Source: Hemiscyllium ocellatum (lineage: Eukaryota). Taken from it: DNA of 64,000 bases. The translations under genes and the position numbers were made by a program. The DNA lies in assembly GCF_020745735.1 (NCBI RefSeq), contig NC_083438.1, forward strand, positions 33,230,443-33,294,442. The letters are read 5' to 3'. Within the stretch, counting starts at the first letter, position 1. The number at the start of each line of letters is the position of its first letter. The notes under the pieces were generated by a model. That model saw nothing but the letters and a program-made list of their open reading frames with translations. It was not told the DNA's origin and did not search any database. This document shows positions 23,860-34,659 of the stretch, piece after piece.

Positions 23860-23961
23860 CTGAACACGGCCCAGGGGGAGTGCAGGCTGGAGTCACTCAG
23901 GTCCCGTCGCTGGGATTTGAACCCTGTGTTGTGACACTGCTTCGGGCGTGGAAGTTTACGT
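23860..23961 (-). other. Probable upstream (5' UTR or first) exon of the B7/ICOSL-like gene
   Basis: Strong donor ttcAG|GTaggt at 23860/23859 and a possible acceptor ttttttttggtttcAG at 23962. The phase-2 frame is open and joins the leader exon in frame (AG+G = Arg before the Met). No ATG inside. Confidence 0.45.
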
Positions 23962-23999
23962 CTGAAACCAAAAAAAATGCCGTGCTCTGGACTTTCCCC
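23950..23999 (-). promoter_or_regulatory. kappaB-like site (GGGGAAAGTCC) and ETS core next to the putative first exon
   Basis: Plus strand TGGACTTTCC (23988-23997) matches canonical GGGACTTTCC at 9/10; GGAAGT at 23950-23955. Motif-only evidence. Confidence 0.3.
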
Positions 24000-24394
24000 T
24001 CAGAAGGCACCTCCTTCCAATGAGATCAGTGTGTGCACCACATGTGCGAGAGAACCTAATGGTTTCTGCTCTGATGCCAAGTGGAGAGGAGAGAGAGCGA
24101 GACTGATTCACAATATTGAGCTGAGTCTATACAATTGTTTTTTGAAAAAGCCTTTTTCTTTCAAGCCATGCCCTCTGCTGTAGTTTTGTCAAATTGCCTG
24201 TAGTCATATAAATTTGTTCTGAAATAAAATGAGAAGTTACTTTATTTTGTGTGTATTTTTTCTCTCACTGAACTGTATTACCGGTGATAATATCAACCGA
24301 AACAGCATGATCACAGCCAGTCAGACAGCATGCATGGACAGAGAGTTGAAACTCACACAACACCAGGTTATAGTCCAACAGGTTTAATTGGAAG

Positions 24395-24429
24395 CACTAG
24401 CTTTCGGAGCGACGCTCCTTCGTCAGGTG
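24395..24429 (-). ncRNA. Intact minimal hammerhead motif (family B)
   Basis: CAC CUGACGA A GGAGC-GUC-GCUCC GAAAG CUA GUG: stem I 3 bp, stem II 5 bp, palindromic AGCU stem III. Confidence 0.7.
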
Positions 24430-24511
24430 GTTGGAGGAGTTAACATCATGCTCCCTGACACACTGGACTCCCTTTTATTATCAAGTCTGTGAGCACAAAT
24501 TTAACCACCAC

Positions 24512-24546
24512 CTCCTGATGAAGGAGCGTCGCTCCGAAAGCTAGTG
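24512..24546 (+). ncRNA. Minimal hammerhead motif (family B)
   Basis: cuc CUGAUGA A GGAGC-GUC-GCUCC GAAAG CUA GUG. Confidence 0.65.
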
Positions 24547-24653
24547 TGCTTCCAAATAAACCTGTTGGACTCTAACCTAGCATTGTGTGATTTATAGCTG
24601 AAAATGTGTTGCTGGAAAAGCGCAGCAGGTCAGGCAGCATCCGAGGAGCAGGA

Positions 24654-24690
24654 GATTCGACGTTTCGGGCATGAGCCCTTCTTCAGGATT
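24654..24690 (-). ncRNA. Minimal hammerhead motif (family A)
   Basis: aauc CUGAAGA A GGGC-UCAU-GCCC GAAAC GUC GAAU. Confidence 0.65.
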
Positions 24691-25403
24691 CCCGAAACGT
24701 CGACTCTCCTGCTCCTCGGATGCTGCCTGACCTGCTGCGCTTTTCCAGCAACACATTTTCAGCTCTGATCTCCAGCATCTGCAGTCCTCACTTTCTCCCT
24801 TGTGTGATTTATAACTTTGTATACCCCAGTCCAACACCGTCATCTCCACATCACGGGGAGAGAGAGAGAGACAGAGCAAGCAACTGTCTCAAGTCTGAAT
24901 GTTTCAGAGCTGGGGTGGGGTGGAGGGGACAGCATTTGTGTCACAGGGTGTAGGGGGTGGGGAAGATGTTCACTTTAAGAGATTGGGATTGGCTAGAACA
25001 ATGGTGTTTCTAAATGCCAGGCTAGGAAGGACAGACGCTGCGCTGGTGGGAGAGAGAGGGTGACGGAGAATGTAACAAACAGGAAAGTAAGGAACAGGAG
25101 GTGGTTCACAACCTGAAAGGTGTCAAGTTCTGCAGGAAGTCTGGAAGGTTGGTCAAGTGCCAAGCCTGCAGGTGTGATGCTGCTCTTCCAGTTTGGGCAG
25201 AGTTTCACTGGATCAGTGATTCACCCCGACCCCCAGCCGGGCGGTTAGACAGAGCATTGACTCATGTTCCCACTTCACCCACCAATAGTCTTTCTCCCCC
25301 AGAGTTCTGACCCCCCAACCACCCACCCACAGTGTAAATGCTGCCCCCCACCCTCCCACACTTCACATCAGCTCTGATAGTCATCCAGACTCTAAAACAT
25401 TAG

Positions 25404-25442
25404 CTCTCTCTCTCTCTCTCCCTCTCTCTCTCTCTCTCCCCC

Positions 25443-25475
<33 letters not shown>

Positions 25476-25628
25476 CCCCCCTCTCTCTCTCCCCTCTCTC
25501 TTTCTCATTCCCCCTTCTCTCTGTCTCTCTCTCTTCCCCCCACTCTCTCTCTCCCCCTCTCTCTGTCCCCACTCTCTCTCTCGGCCCCCTCTCTGTCTCT
25601 CCCCACCTCTCTCTCCCTCTCTCTCTCC

Positions 25629-25661
<33 letters not shown>

Positions 25662-26052
25662 CCCTGCCTCTCTCTCGCCCGCCTCTCTCTCTCTCGCCCG
25701 CCTCTCTCTCTCTCTCTCTCCCTGCCTCTCTCTCCCTCTCTCTCTCTCTCCCCCGACCTCTCTCTCTCTCTCCCCCCCAACTCTCTCTCTCTCTCCCCTC
25801 TCTCTCTCCACCCCTCNNNNNNNNNNNNNNNNNNNNNNNNNNNNNNNNNNNNNNNNNNNNNNNNNNNNNNNNNNNNNNNNNNNNNNNNNNNNNNNNNNNN
25901 NNNNNNNNNNNNNNNNNNNNNNNNNNNNNNNNNNNNNNNNNNNNNNNNNNNNNNNNNNNNNNNNNNNNNNNNNNNNNNNNNNNNNNNNNNNNNNNNNNNN
26001 NNNNNNNNNNNNNNNNNNNNNNNNNNNNNNNNNNNNCTCTCCCTCTCTCTCC
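25404..26052 (+). repeat. (CT)n polypyrimidine array containing an assembly gap (N 25817-26036)
   Basis: Directly visible. Confidence 0.95.
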
Positions 26053-26574
26053 CTGGATGCAGTCTGACTCCGCGATGATCTCCAGCTATTCTTGTGTTGA
26101 GTACAGATTCCAGCTGTTGCAGTTATGTGCTCTGAGAGAGCGGTAATGCCAATATGCTTTGGCCTTCCTCTCGTGTGGATTTTAAACTGGGAATCCCCTT
26201 CTCCGACAACACACGCCAATGCACACTCATCATCCTTCTGATTAGTTCACTCCCTGGAACTGAGGGGTGCTGGAGGTCAGGGCTCTCTGGCTCAGAGATC
26301 TCCTGGCATAATCCCAGGCAGGAGGAGATCCCAGTTCAGGGGGAGAGAGCCTGGGAGAATCCGGGAACCATCTCCTTCGACCGGAGAAGGGGGACAAAAG
26401 CCAAAAATCGCTGGAGAAACACAGCAGGTCCGGCAGCACTGAGCGGAGAGCAAAACAGAGTCATGTTTCCCATCAGATGACACTCCCTCAGAAACTGTTC
26501 GATGCAGAGAAGGCCGACTGAAAAACATGACCATTTCATTCATGTCACAACTCACCCTAAAACCTCCGATCAAC

Positions 26575-29500
26575 ATGCTGTAGTAGGGGGGCCCTGTGTC
26601 TGATGGAGGGCTGTAGTAGGGGGGCCCTGTGTCTGATGGAGGGCTGTAGTAGGGTGGCCCTGTATCTGATGGAGGGCTGTAGTAGGGGGGCCCTGTGTCG
26701 GATGGAGGGCTGTAGTAGGGGGGCCCTGTGTCTGATGGAGGGCTGTAGTAGGGGGGCCCTGTGTCGGATGGAGGGCTGTAGTAGGGGGGCCCTGTATCTG
26801 ATGGAGGGCTGTAGTAGGGGGGCCCTGTGTCGGATGGAGGGCTGTAGTAGGTGGGCCCTGTATCTGATGGAGGGCTGTAGTAGGAGGGCCCTGTATCTGA
26901 TGGAGGGCTGTAGTAGGTGGGCCCTGTATCTGATGGAGGGCTGTAGTAGGGGGGTCCTGTATCTGATGGAGGGCTGCAGTAGGGGGGCCCTGTGTCTGAT
27001 GGAGGGCTGTAGTAGGGGGGCCCTGTATCTGATGGAGGGCTGTAGTAGGTGGGCCCTGTATCTGATGGAGGGCTGTAGTAGGGGGGCCCTGCGTCTGATG
27101 GAGGGCTGTTGTAGGGGGGCCCTGTATCTGATGGAGGGCTGTAGTAGGGGGGTCCCTGTGTCTGATGGAGGGCTGTAGTAGGGGGGGCCCTGTGTCTGAT
27201 GGAGGGCTGTAGTAGGGGGGTCCTGTATCTGATGGAGGGCTGTAGTAGGGGGGGCCCTGTGTCTGATGGAGGGCTGTAGTAGGGGGGCCCTGTATCTGAT
27301 GGAGGGCTGTAGTAGGGGGGCCCTGTGTCTGATGGAGGGCTGTAGTAGGGGGGCCCTGTATCTGATGGAGGGCTGTAGTAGGGGGGCCCTGTGTCTGATG
27401 GAGGGCTGTAGTAGGTGGGCCCTGTACCTGATGGAGGGCTGTAGGAGGGGGGTCCTGTATCTGATGGAGGGCTGTAGTAGGGGGACCCTGTGTCTGATGG
27501 AGAGTTGTACTGGTAGGGCCCTGTACCTGATGGAGGGCTGTAGTAGGGGGGCCCTGTATCTGATGGAGGGCTGTAGTAGGGGGGCCCTGTGTCTGATGGA
27601 GGGCTGTAGTAGGGGGGCCCTGTGTCTGATGGAGGGCTGTAGTAGGGGGGTCCTGTATCTGATGGAGGGCTGCAGTAGGGGGGCCCTGTGTCTGATGGAG
27701 GGCTGTAGTAGGGGGGCCCTGTATCTGATGGAGGGCTGTAGTAGGGGGGTCCTGTATCTGATGGAGGGCTGTAGTAGGGGGGCCCTGTATCTGATGGAGG
27801 GCTGTAGTAGGGGGGCCCTGTGTCTGATGGAGGGCTGTAGTAGGGGGGCCCTGTATCTGATGGAGGGCTGTAGTAGGGGGGCCCTGCGTCTGATGGAGGG
27901 CTGTTGTAGGGGGGCCCTGTATCTGATGGAGGGCTGTAGTAGGGGGGTCCCTGTGTCTGATGGAGGGCTGTAGTAGGGGGGGCCCTGTGTCTGATGGAGG
28001 GCTGTAGTAGGGGGGTCCTGTATCTGATGGAGGGCTGTAGTAGGGGGGGCCCTGTGTCTGATGGAGGGCTGTAGTAGGGGGGCCCTGTATCTGATGGAGG
28101 GCTGTAGTAGGGGGGCCCTGTGTCTGATGGAGGGCTGTAGTAGGGGGGCCCTGTATCTGATGGAGGGCTGTAGTAGGGGGGCCCTGTGTCTGATGGAGGG
28201 CTGTAGTAGGTGGGCCCTGTACCTGATGGAGGGCTGTAGGAGGGGGGTCCTGTATCTGATGGAGGGCTGTAGTAGGGGGACCCTGTGTCTGATGGAGAGT
28301 TGTACTGGTAGGGCCCTGTACCTGATGGAGGGCTGTAGTAGGAGGGCCCTGTGTTTGATGGAGGGCTGTAGTAGGGGGGCCCTGTATCTGATGGAGGGCT
28401 GTAGTAGGAGGGCCCTGTGTCTGATGGAGGGCTGTAGTAGGTGGGCCCTGTACCTGATGGAGGGCTGTAGGAGGGGGGTCCTGTATCTGATGGAGGGCTG
28501 TAGTAGGAGGGCCCTGTGCCTGATGGAGGGCTGTAGTAGGGGGGCCCTGTGTCTGATGGAGGGCTATAGTAGGAGGGCCTTGTATCTGATGGAGGGCTGT
28601 AGTAGGAGGGCCCTGTGTCTGATGGAGGGCTGTAGTAGGGGGGCCCTGTGTCTGATGGAGGGCTGTAGTAGGAGGGCCCTGTGTCTGATGGAGGGCAGTA
28701 GTAGGTGGGCCCTGTACCTGATGGAGGGCTGTAGGAGGGGGGTCCTGTATCTGATGGAGGGCTGTAGTAGGGGGGCCCTGTATCTGATGGAGGGCTGTAG
28801 TAGGAGGGCCCTGTGTCTGATGGAGGGCTGTAGTAGGGGGGCCCTGTATCTGATGGAGGGCTGTTGTAGGGGGGCCCTGTGTCTGATGGAGGGCTGTAGT
28901 AGGAGGGCCCTGTATCTGATGGAGGGCTGTAGTAGGGGTGCCCTGTATATGATGGAGGGCTGTAGTAGGAGGGCCCTGTATCTGATGGAGGGCTGTAGTA
29001 GGGGGGCCCTGTGTCTGATGGAGGGCTGTAGTAGGAAGGCCATGTATCTGATGGAGGGCTGGAGTAGGTGGGCCCTGTATCTGATGGAGGGCTGTAGTAG
29101 GTGGGCCCTGTATCTGATGGAGGGCTGTAGCAGGAGGGCCCTGTGTCTGATGGAGGGCTGTAGTCGGAACGCCCTGTGTCTGATGGAGGGCTCTAGTAGG
29201 GGGGCCCTGTGCCAGATGGAGGGCTGTAGTAGGAGGGCCCTGTATCTGATGGAGGGCTGTAGTAGGAGGGCCCTGTGTCTGTTGGAGGGCTGTAGCAAGA
29301 GGGCCCTGTGTCTGATGGAGGGCTGTAGTAGGAACGCCCTGTATCTGATGGAGGGCTGGAGTAGGAGGGCCCTATATCGGATGGAGTGCTGTAGTAGGAG
29401 GGCCCTGTGTCTGATGGAGGGCTAGAGTAGGTGGGCCCTGTATCTTATGGAGGGCTGTAGTTGGGGTGCCCTGTATTTGATGGAGGTCTGTAGTAGGGTG

Positions 29501-31245
29501 CCCTGTATCTGATGGAATGTTGTAGTAGATGGCCCTGTATCTGATGGAGGGCTGTAGTAGGAGGCCCTGTATCTGATGGAGGTCTGTAGTAGGTGGGCCC
29601 TGTGTCCGATGCAGGGCTGTAGTAGGAGGGCCCTGTACCTGATGGAGGGCTGTAGTAGGGGGGCCCTGTGCCTGATGGAGGGCTGTTGTAGGAAGGCCCT
29701 GTATCTGATGGAGGGCTGCAGTAGGGGTGCCCTGTATCTGATGGAGTGTTGTAGTAGGTGGGCCCTGTATCTGATGGAGGACTGTAGTAGGGGGGCGCTG
29801 TATCCGATGGAGTGCTGCAGTAGGAGGGCCCTGTGTCTGTTGGAGGTCTGTAGTAGATGGCCCTGTGTCTGACGGAGGGCTGTAGAAGGGGGGCCCTGTA
29901 TATGATGGAGGGCTGTAGTAGGAGGGCCCTGTATCGGATGGAGTGCTGTAGTAGGTGGGCCCTGTATCTGCTGGAGGGCTGTAGTAGGAGGGCCCTGTGT
30001 CTGTTGGAGGGCTGTAGTAGGTGGGCCCTGTGTCTGATGGAGGGCTGTAGTAGGAGGGCCCTGTGTCTGTTGGAGGGCTGTAGTAGGTGGGCCCTGTGTC
30101 TGATGGAGTGCTGCAGTAGGGGGGCCCTGTATCTGATGCAGGGCTGTAGTTGGGGGGCCCTGTGTCTGATGGAGGGCTGTAGTAGGGGGGCCCTGTATGT
30201 GATGGAGGGCTGGAGTAGGAAGGCCCTGTATCTGATGGAGGGCTGTAGTAGGTGGGCCCTGTGCCTGATGGAGGGCTGGAGTAGGTTGGCCCTGTGTCTG
30301 ATGGAGGGCTGGAGTAGGGGGGCCCTGTGTCTGATGGAGGGCTGGAGTAGGGGGACCCTGTATCTGATGGAGGGCTGTAGTAGGGGGGCCCTGTATCTGA
30401 TGGAGGGCTGCAGTAGGAACGCCCTGTATCTGATGGAGGGCTCCAGAAGGGGGGCCCTGTGCCTGATGGAGGGCTGTAGTAGGAAGGCCATGTATCTGAT
30501 GGAGGGCTGTAGTAGGGTGGCCCTGTGTCTGATGGAGGGCTGTAGTAGGAGGGCCCTGTGTCTGATGGAGGGCTGTAGTAGGAAGGCCATGTATCTGATG
30601 GAGGGCTGTAGCAGGAGGGCCCTGTGTCTGATGGAGGGCTGTAGTAGGGGGGCCCTGTGTCTGATGGAGGGCTGTAGTAGGAGGGCCCTGTGTCTGATGG
30701 AGGGCTGGAGTAGGTGGGCCGTGTATCTGATGGAGGGCTGGAGTAGTTGGGCCCTGTGTCTGATGGAGGGCTGGATTAGGGGGGCCCTGTGTCTGATGCA
30801 GGGCTGTAGTAGAGGGGCCCTGTATCTGTTGGAGGGCTGTAGTGGGGGTGCCCTGTGTCTGATGGAGGGCTGTATTAGGGGGGCCCTGTGTCTGATGGAG
30901 GGCTGTAGTAGGGGGGCCCTGTGTCTGATGCAGGGCTGTAGTAGGTGGGCCCTGTGTCTGATGCAGGGCTGTAGTAGGGGGGCCCTGTATCTGATGCAGG
31001 GCTGTAGTAGGAGGGCCCTGTGTTTGATGGAGGGCTGTAGTAGGGGGGCCCTGTATCTGATGGAGGGCTGTAGTAGGGGGGCCCTGTTTCTGATGGAGGG
31101 CTGTAGTAGGCAGGCCCTGTATCTGATGGAGGGCTGTAGTAGGGGGGCCCTGTGTCTGATGGAGGGCTGTAGTAGGGGGCCCTGTATCTGATGGAGGACT
31201 GTAGTAGGGGGGCCCTGTGTCTGATGGAGGGCTGTAGTAGGGCTC
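26575..31245 (+). repeat. 33-bp minisatellite (atggagggctgtagtaggggggccctgt(g/a)tctg), ~140 units
   Basis: 11-aa periodic ORFs (MEGCSRGALCL); 795-bp higher-order duplication in the 5' part. Confidence 0.95.
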
Positions 31246-31319
31246 TGTGGTGGTCCCACAAGCTGGTGATTTTCTGCAGATTCTGAATCTCCATGCCTGG
31301 CCCTCCCTGGATACTGGTT

Positions 31320-31570
31320 ATGTCTCTGGGCTAGTAGCGTCCCGAAAGGCTCTGTGAGGCAATTTCAAATCCTGGCCCAGGAACTGATGGAAATACAAGT
31401 CATAAAACCTGGAATCAAAACCTCCTCTGAGTAAATGGCCACCTGAAAACCATTGTTAGTGATCACTGCAATCCCACCTCAGTGATTCATGCTGTTTTCG
31501 AATGGAGATCTGCCATCCCAATCTGGTCTGGGCCTATACATGACTCCTGGGTGCCTGGACTAATCCAATG
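31320..31570 (+). mobile_element. Old degenerate SINE (second family)
   Basis: ctgggctagtag...ttcaaatcc head and gaaaaccattg...gatctgccatccc...ctggtctgggcctatacatgactcc body; related to 37050-37400 in the opposite orientation. Confidence 0.5.
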
Positions 31571-31684
31571 AAGCTAATACCACTCGGTCTCAGATTAAAC
31601 TGGAGCGCTGAGGTGACACTGTCTCCATGTTTGTGGGGTCTCTGATGGATGTGGGTATTGGCTGTCACTGTCACTGGTTGGGGG

Positions 31685-32135
31685 TGGGGAGGAGACTGTT
31701 TGGTGGGGGAGAGAGGCCTGGTGTTTGGGGAGAGAGAGAGAGAGAGAGACGGGCCTGGTGTTTGGGAGGGTAGAGAGAGAGAGAGGGGGTGGGAAGAGAG
31801 AAAGAGGGGGCCTAGTGTTTGGGCGGGGGGACGGAGACAGAGAGAGAGGGGCCTGGTGTTTGGGGGGGGGTGGGGAGAGAGAGCAGCCTGGTGTTTGGTG
31901 GGGGTGGGGAGAGAGAGGAGCCTGGTGTTTGGTGGGGTGGGAGAGAGAGAGAGAGAGAGAGAGGGGGGGGTGCCTGGTGTTTGGCGGGGGGAGAGAGAGA
32001 GAGGCCTGATATTTGTAGGGGAGGGAGAGAAAGAGAGAGAGAGTGAGAGAGAGGCCTGGTGTTTGGGGAGAGGGAGAGGCCTGGTTTTTTGGGGGGGAGA
32101 GAGAGAGAGAGAGAGAGATGCCTGGTGTTTGGGGG

Positions 32136-32166
<31 letters not shown>

Positions 32167-32335
32167 AGAGAGAGAGAGAGAGGGGCCTGATGTTTGGGGA
32201 GAGAGAGAGGCCTGGTGTTTGGGGGGAGAGAGAGAGGGGCCTGATGTTTGGGGAGAGAGAGGGGCCTGATGTTTGGGGAGAGAGAGAGGCCTGGTGTTTG
32301 GGGGGAGAGAGAGAGGGGCCTGATGTTTGGAGGTT
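31685..32335 (+). repeat. Compound minisatellite (gcctggtgtttggggg + variable (GA)n)
   Basis: About 15 units with variable GA tract. Confidence 0.85.
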
Positions 32336-32824
32336 GCCACATGATTATCCCTGTTGCGCAGATTTCGTGTCTCTTCCCTAGAGCCCTGGGGCTTGGGGAG
32401 TCAGGCAGCTGGCAGCAATGGCAGGGCTGAGGTAGTTACTGAGCTGTGGGCAGTGATTCGGAGTGACATCGCCAGGGGAAACCCGGCCGGGCCTTGGGGT
32501 CGATGATGGGGTGGAGTGAATCTGCTCTGTGCTCTACCCACTTTGGATCTGGTGTGTGGACACCGACCTCCGCCCCCTGCAGCGGGTGGGTGTCCAGAGC
32601 CCTGAGGGTGCCCCGTAAAGGGACATCACCCCCTCCCCCCCCCTCCCCTCCCCCATCGGCTGAAGGAGCAGAGACATCCTGGGTGACACTCTGAGGGCCT
32701 GGGTCTGTAGATCCCACCAAGGAGGTGGTTCCAAGGTATGTCTGACTCTCCCCCACCCTCCCCACTCCCGCTCTGTTGGCAGTGAGACAGTTAGACCGAG
32801 TGGTGCTTGTGTGAAGCTCAGGAA

Positions 32825-33187
32825 CCATTCAACGGACATGGGGGTCCCTGGCTGGGCCCAGTATTTATTGCCCCCTGTCCCTAGTTGCCCCCTTGAGAAG
32901 GTGGGGGTGAGCTGCCTCCCTGACCCGCTGCAGTCCATGTGCTGTGGGTAGACCCACAATGCCCCTAAGGGAGGGAATTCCAGGATTCTGACCCAGGAAG
33001 GAACGGCCGATATATTTCCAAGTCGGGATGGTGAGGGGAGGGGAACCTGCAGGGGGGTGGGGTTCCCATGTACCTGCTGCCCCTTGTCCTTCCAGATGGA
33101 AGTGGCCGTGGGTTTGGAAGGTGCTGCCTGAGGGTCTTTGGTGAGTTTCTGCAGTGGGTCTTGTAGCTGGTACACACTGCTGTTACT

Positions 33188-33218
<31 letters not shown>

Positions 33219-34310
33219 AGGGGATGGTACACACTGCTGTTACTGAGGGGGGTGGGGGAGGGAGGGGATGGTACACACTGCTGTTACTGAGCGTCAGTGG
33301 GGGGAGGGAGGGGATGGTACACACTGCTGTTACTGAGGGGGGGGGGGGGAGGGAGGGGATGGTACACACTGCTGTTACTGAGGGGGGTGGGGGAGGGAGG
33401 GGATGGTACACACTGCTGTTACTGAGCGTCAGTGGGGGGAGGGAGGGGATGGTACACACTGCTGTTACTGGGGGGGGTGGGGGGAGGGAGGGGATGGTAC
33501 ACACTGCTGTTACTGAGGGGGGGTGGGGGAGGGAGGGGATGGTACACACTGCTGTTACTGAGGGGGGGTGGGGGGAGGGAGGGGATGGTACACACTGCTG
33601 TTACTGAGGGAGGGTGGGGGGAGGGAGGGGATGGTACACACTGCTGTTACTGAGGGGGGGTGGGGGGAGGGAGGGGATGGTACACACTGCTGTTACTGAG
33701 GGAGGGTGGGGGGAGGGAGGGGATGGTACACACTGCTGTTACTGAGGGGGGGTGGGGGAGGGAGGGGATGGTACACACTGCTGTTACTGAGGGGGGTGGG
33801 GGAGGGAGGGGATGGTGCACACTGCTGTTACTGAGGGGATGGTACACACTGCTGTTACTGAGGGGGGTAGGGGAGGGAGGGGATGGTACACACTGCTGTT
33901 ACTGAGGGGGTGGGGGGAGGGAGGGGATGGTACACACTGCTGTTACTGAGCGTCGGTGGGAGGAGGGAGGGGATGTTTGTGGGTGTGGGGTCAATCCAGT
34001 GGGGGCTGCTTTGTCCCTGGACGGTGTCGAGCTTCTCGAGTGTTGTTGGAGCTGCCCCCATCCAGGGGCAAGTGGGGAGTATTCCCTCCCCCTCCTGCCT
34101 TGGGCCTTGTCGATGGTGGGACAGGCTTTGGGGGGAGTCAGGAGGGGAGTTACTCGCTGCAGGATTCCCAGCCTCTGACCTGCTCTTGGAGCCGCTGGGT
34201 TTATGTGGTGGGTCCAGTTGGGTTTCTGGTCCATGGTAATCCCTGGGCTGTGGATAGCGAGGGATTCAGTGACGGTAACAGCATTGAATGTCAGGGGGCA
34301 GTGATTAGAT
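32825..34310 (-). mobile_element. CR1-type 3' end with internal ~46-bp minisatellite (composite copy 3)
   Basis: Reverse complement of copies 1 and 2; array at ~33170-33960. Confidence 0.8.
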
Positions 34311-34659
34311 TGTCTTGCAGAGTCCTACAGCACGGAAACAGGCCCTTCGGCCCAACCAGTCCATTCTGACCCTAATCCCAAACTAAACTACTCCCTGCTG
34401 CCTGCTCCTGGTGCGTCTCCCTCCAACCCTTTCCTGTTCAGGTCCTTATGCAAATATCGGTTAAACGTTGTAACTGTCCCCACATCCCCCACTCCCTCAG
34501 GAAGGTCATTCTCCACACGGACCACCCTCTGGGGAAAAATATTGCCCGTCATGTCCTTTATAAGTCTCTCTGCTCTCACCTTAAAAATATGCCTTTAAGT
34601 GTTGAAATCCCCTATCCTGGGGAAAACACACCGGCCACTCACCATATCTATACTGTCGG

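Larger units (their letters stand above)
24350..24850. mobile_element. Nested PLE terminal-repeat palindromes (family B pair, with a family A pair inserted)
   Basis: B-type arms at 24350-24430 and 24505-24595/24805-24850; A-type 74-bp inverted arms at 24596-24669 and 24691-24764. Confidence 0.75.

Noticed and set aside
26603-31259. Long Cys-rich ORFs (MEGCSRGALCL)n and antisense (LLQPSIRYRAP)n
   Set aside because: Direct product of a 33-bp tandem unit; the frames break at G-run length changes and there is no splice or start context.
31289-31430. Open frame after a good acceptor (DSESPCLALPGYWLCLW...)
   Set aside because: Most of it overlaps a degenerate SINE.
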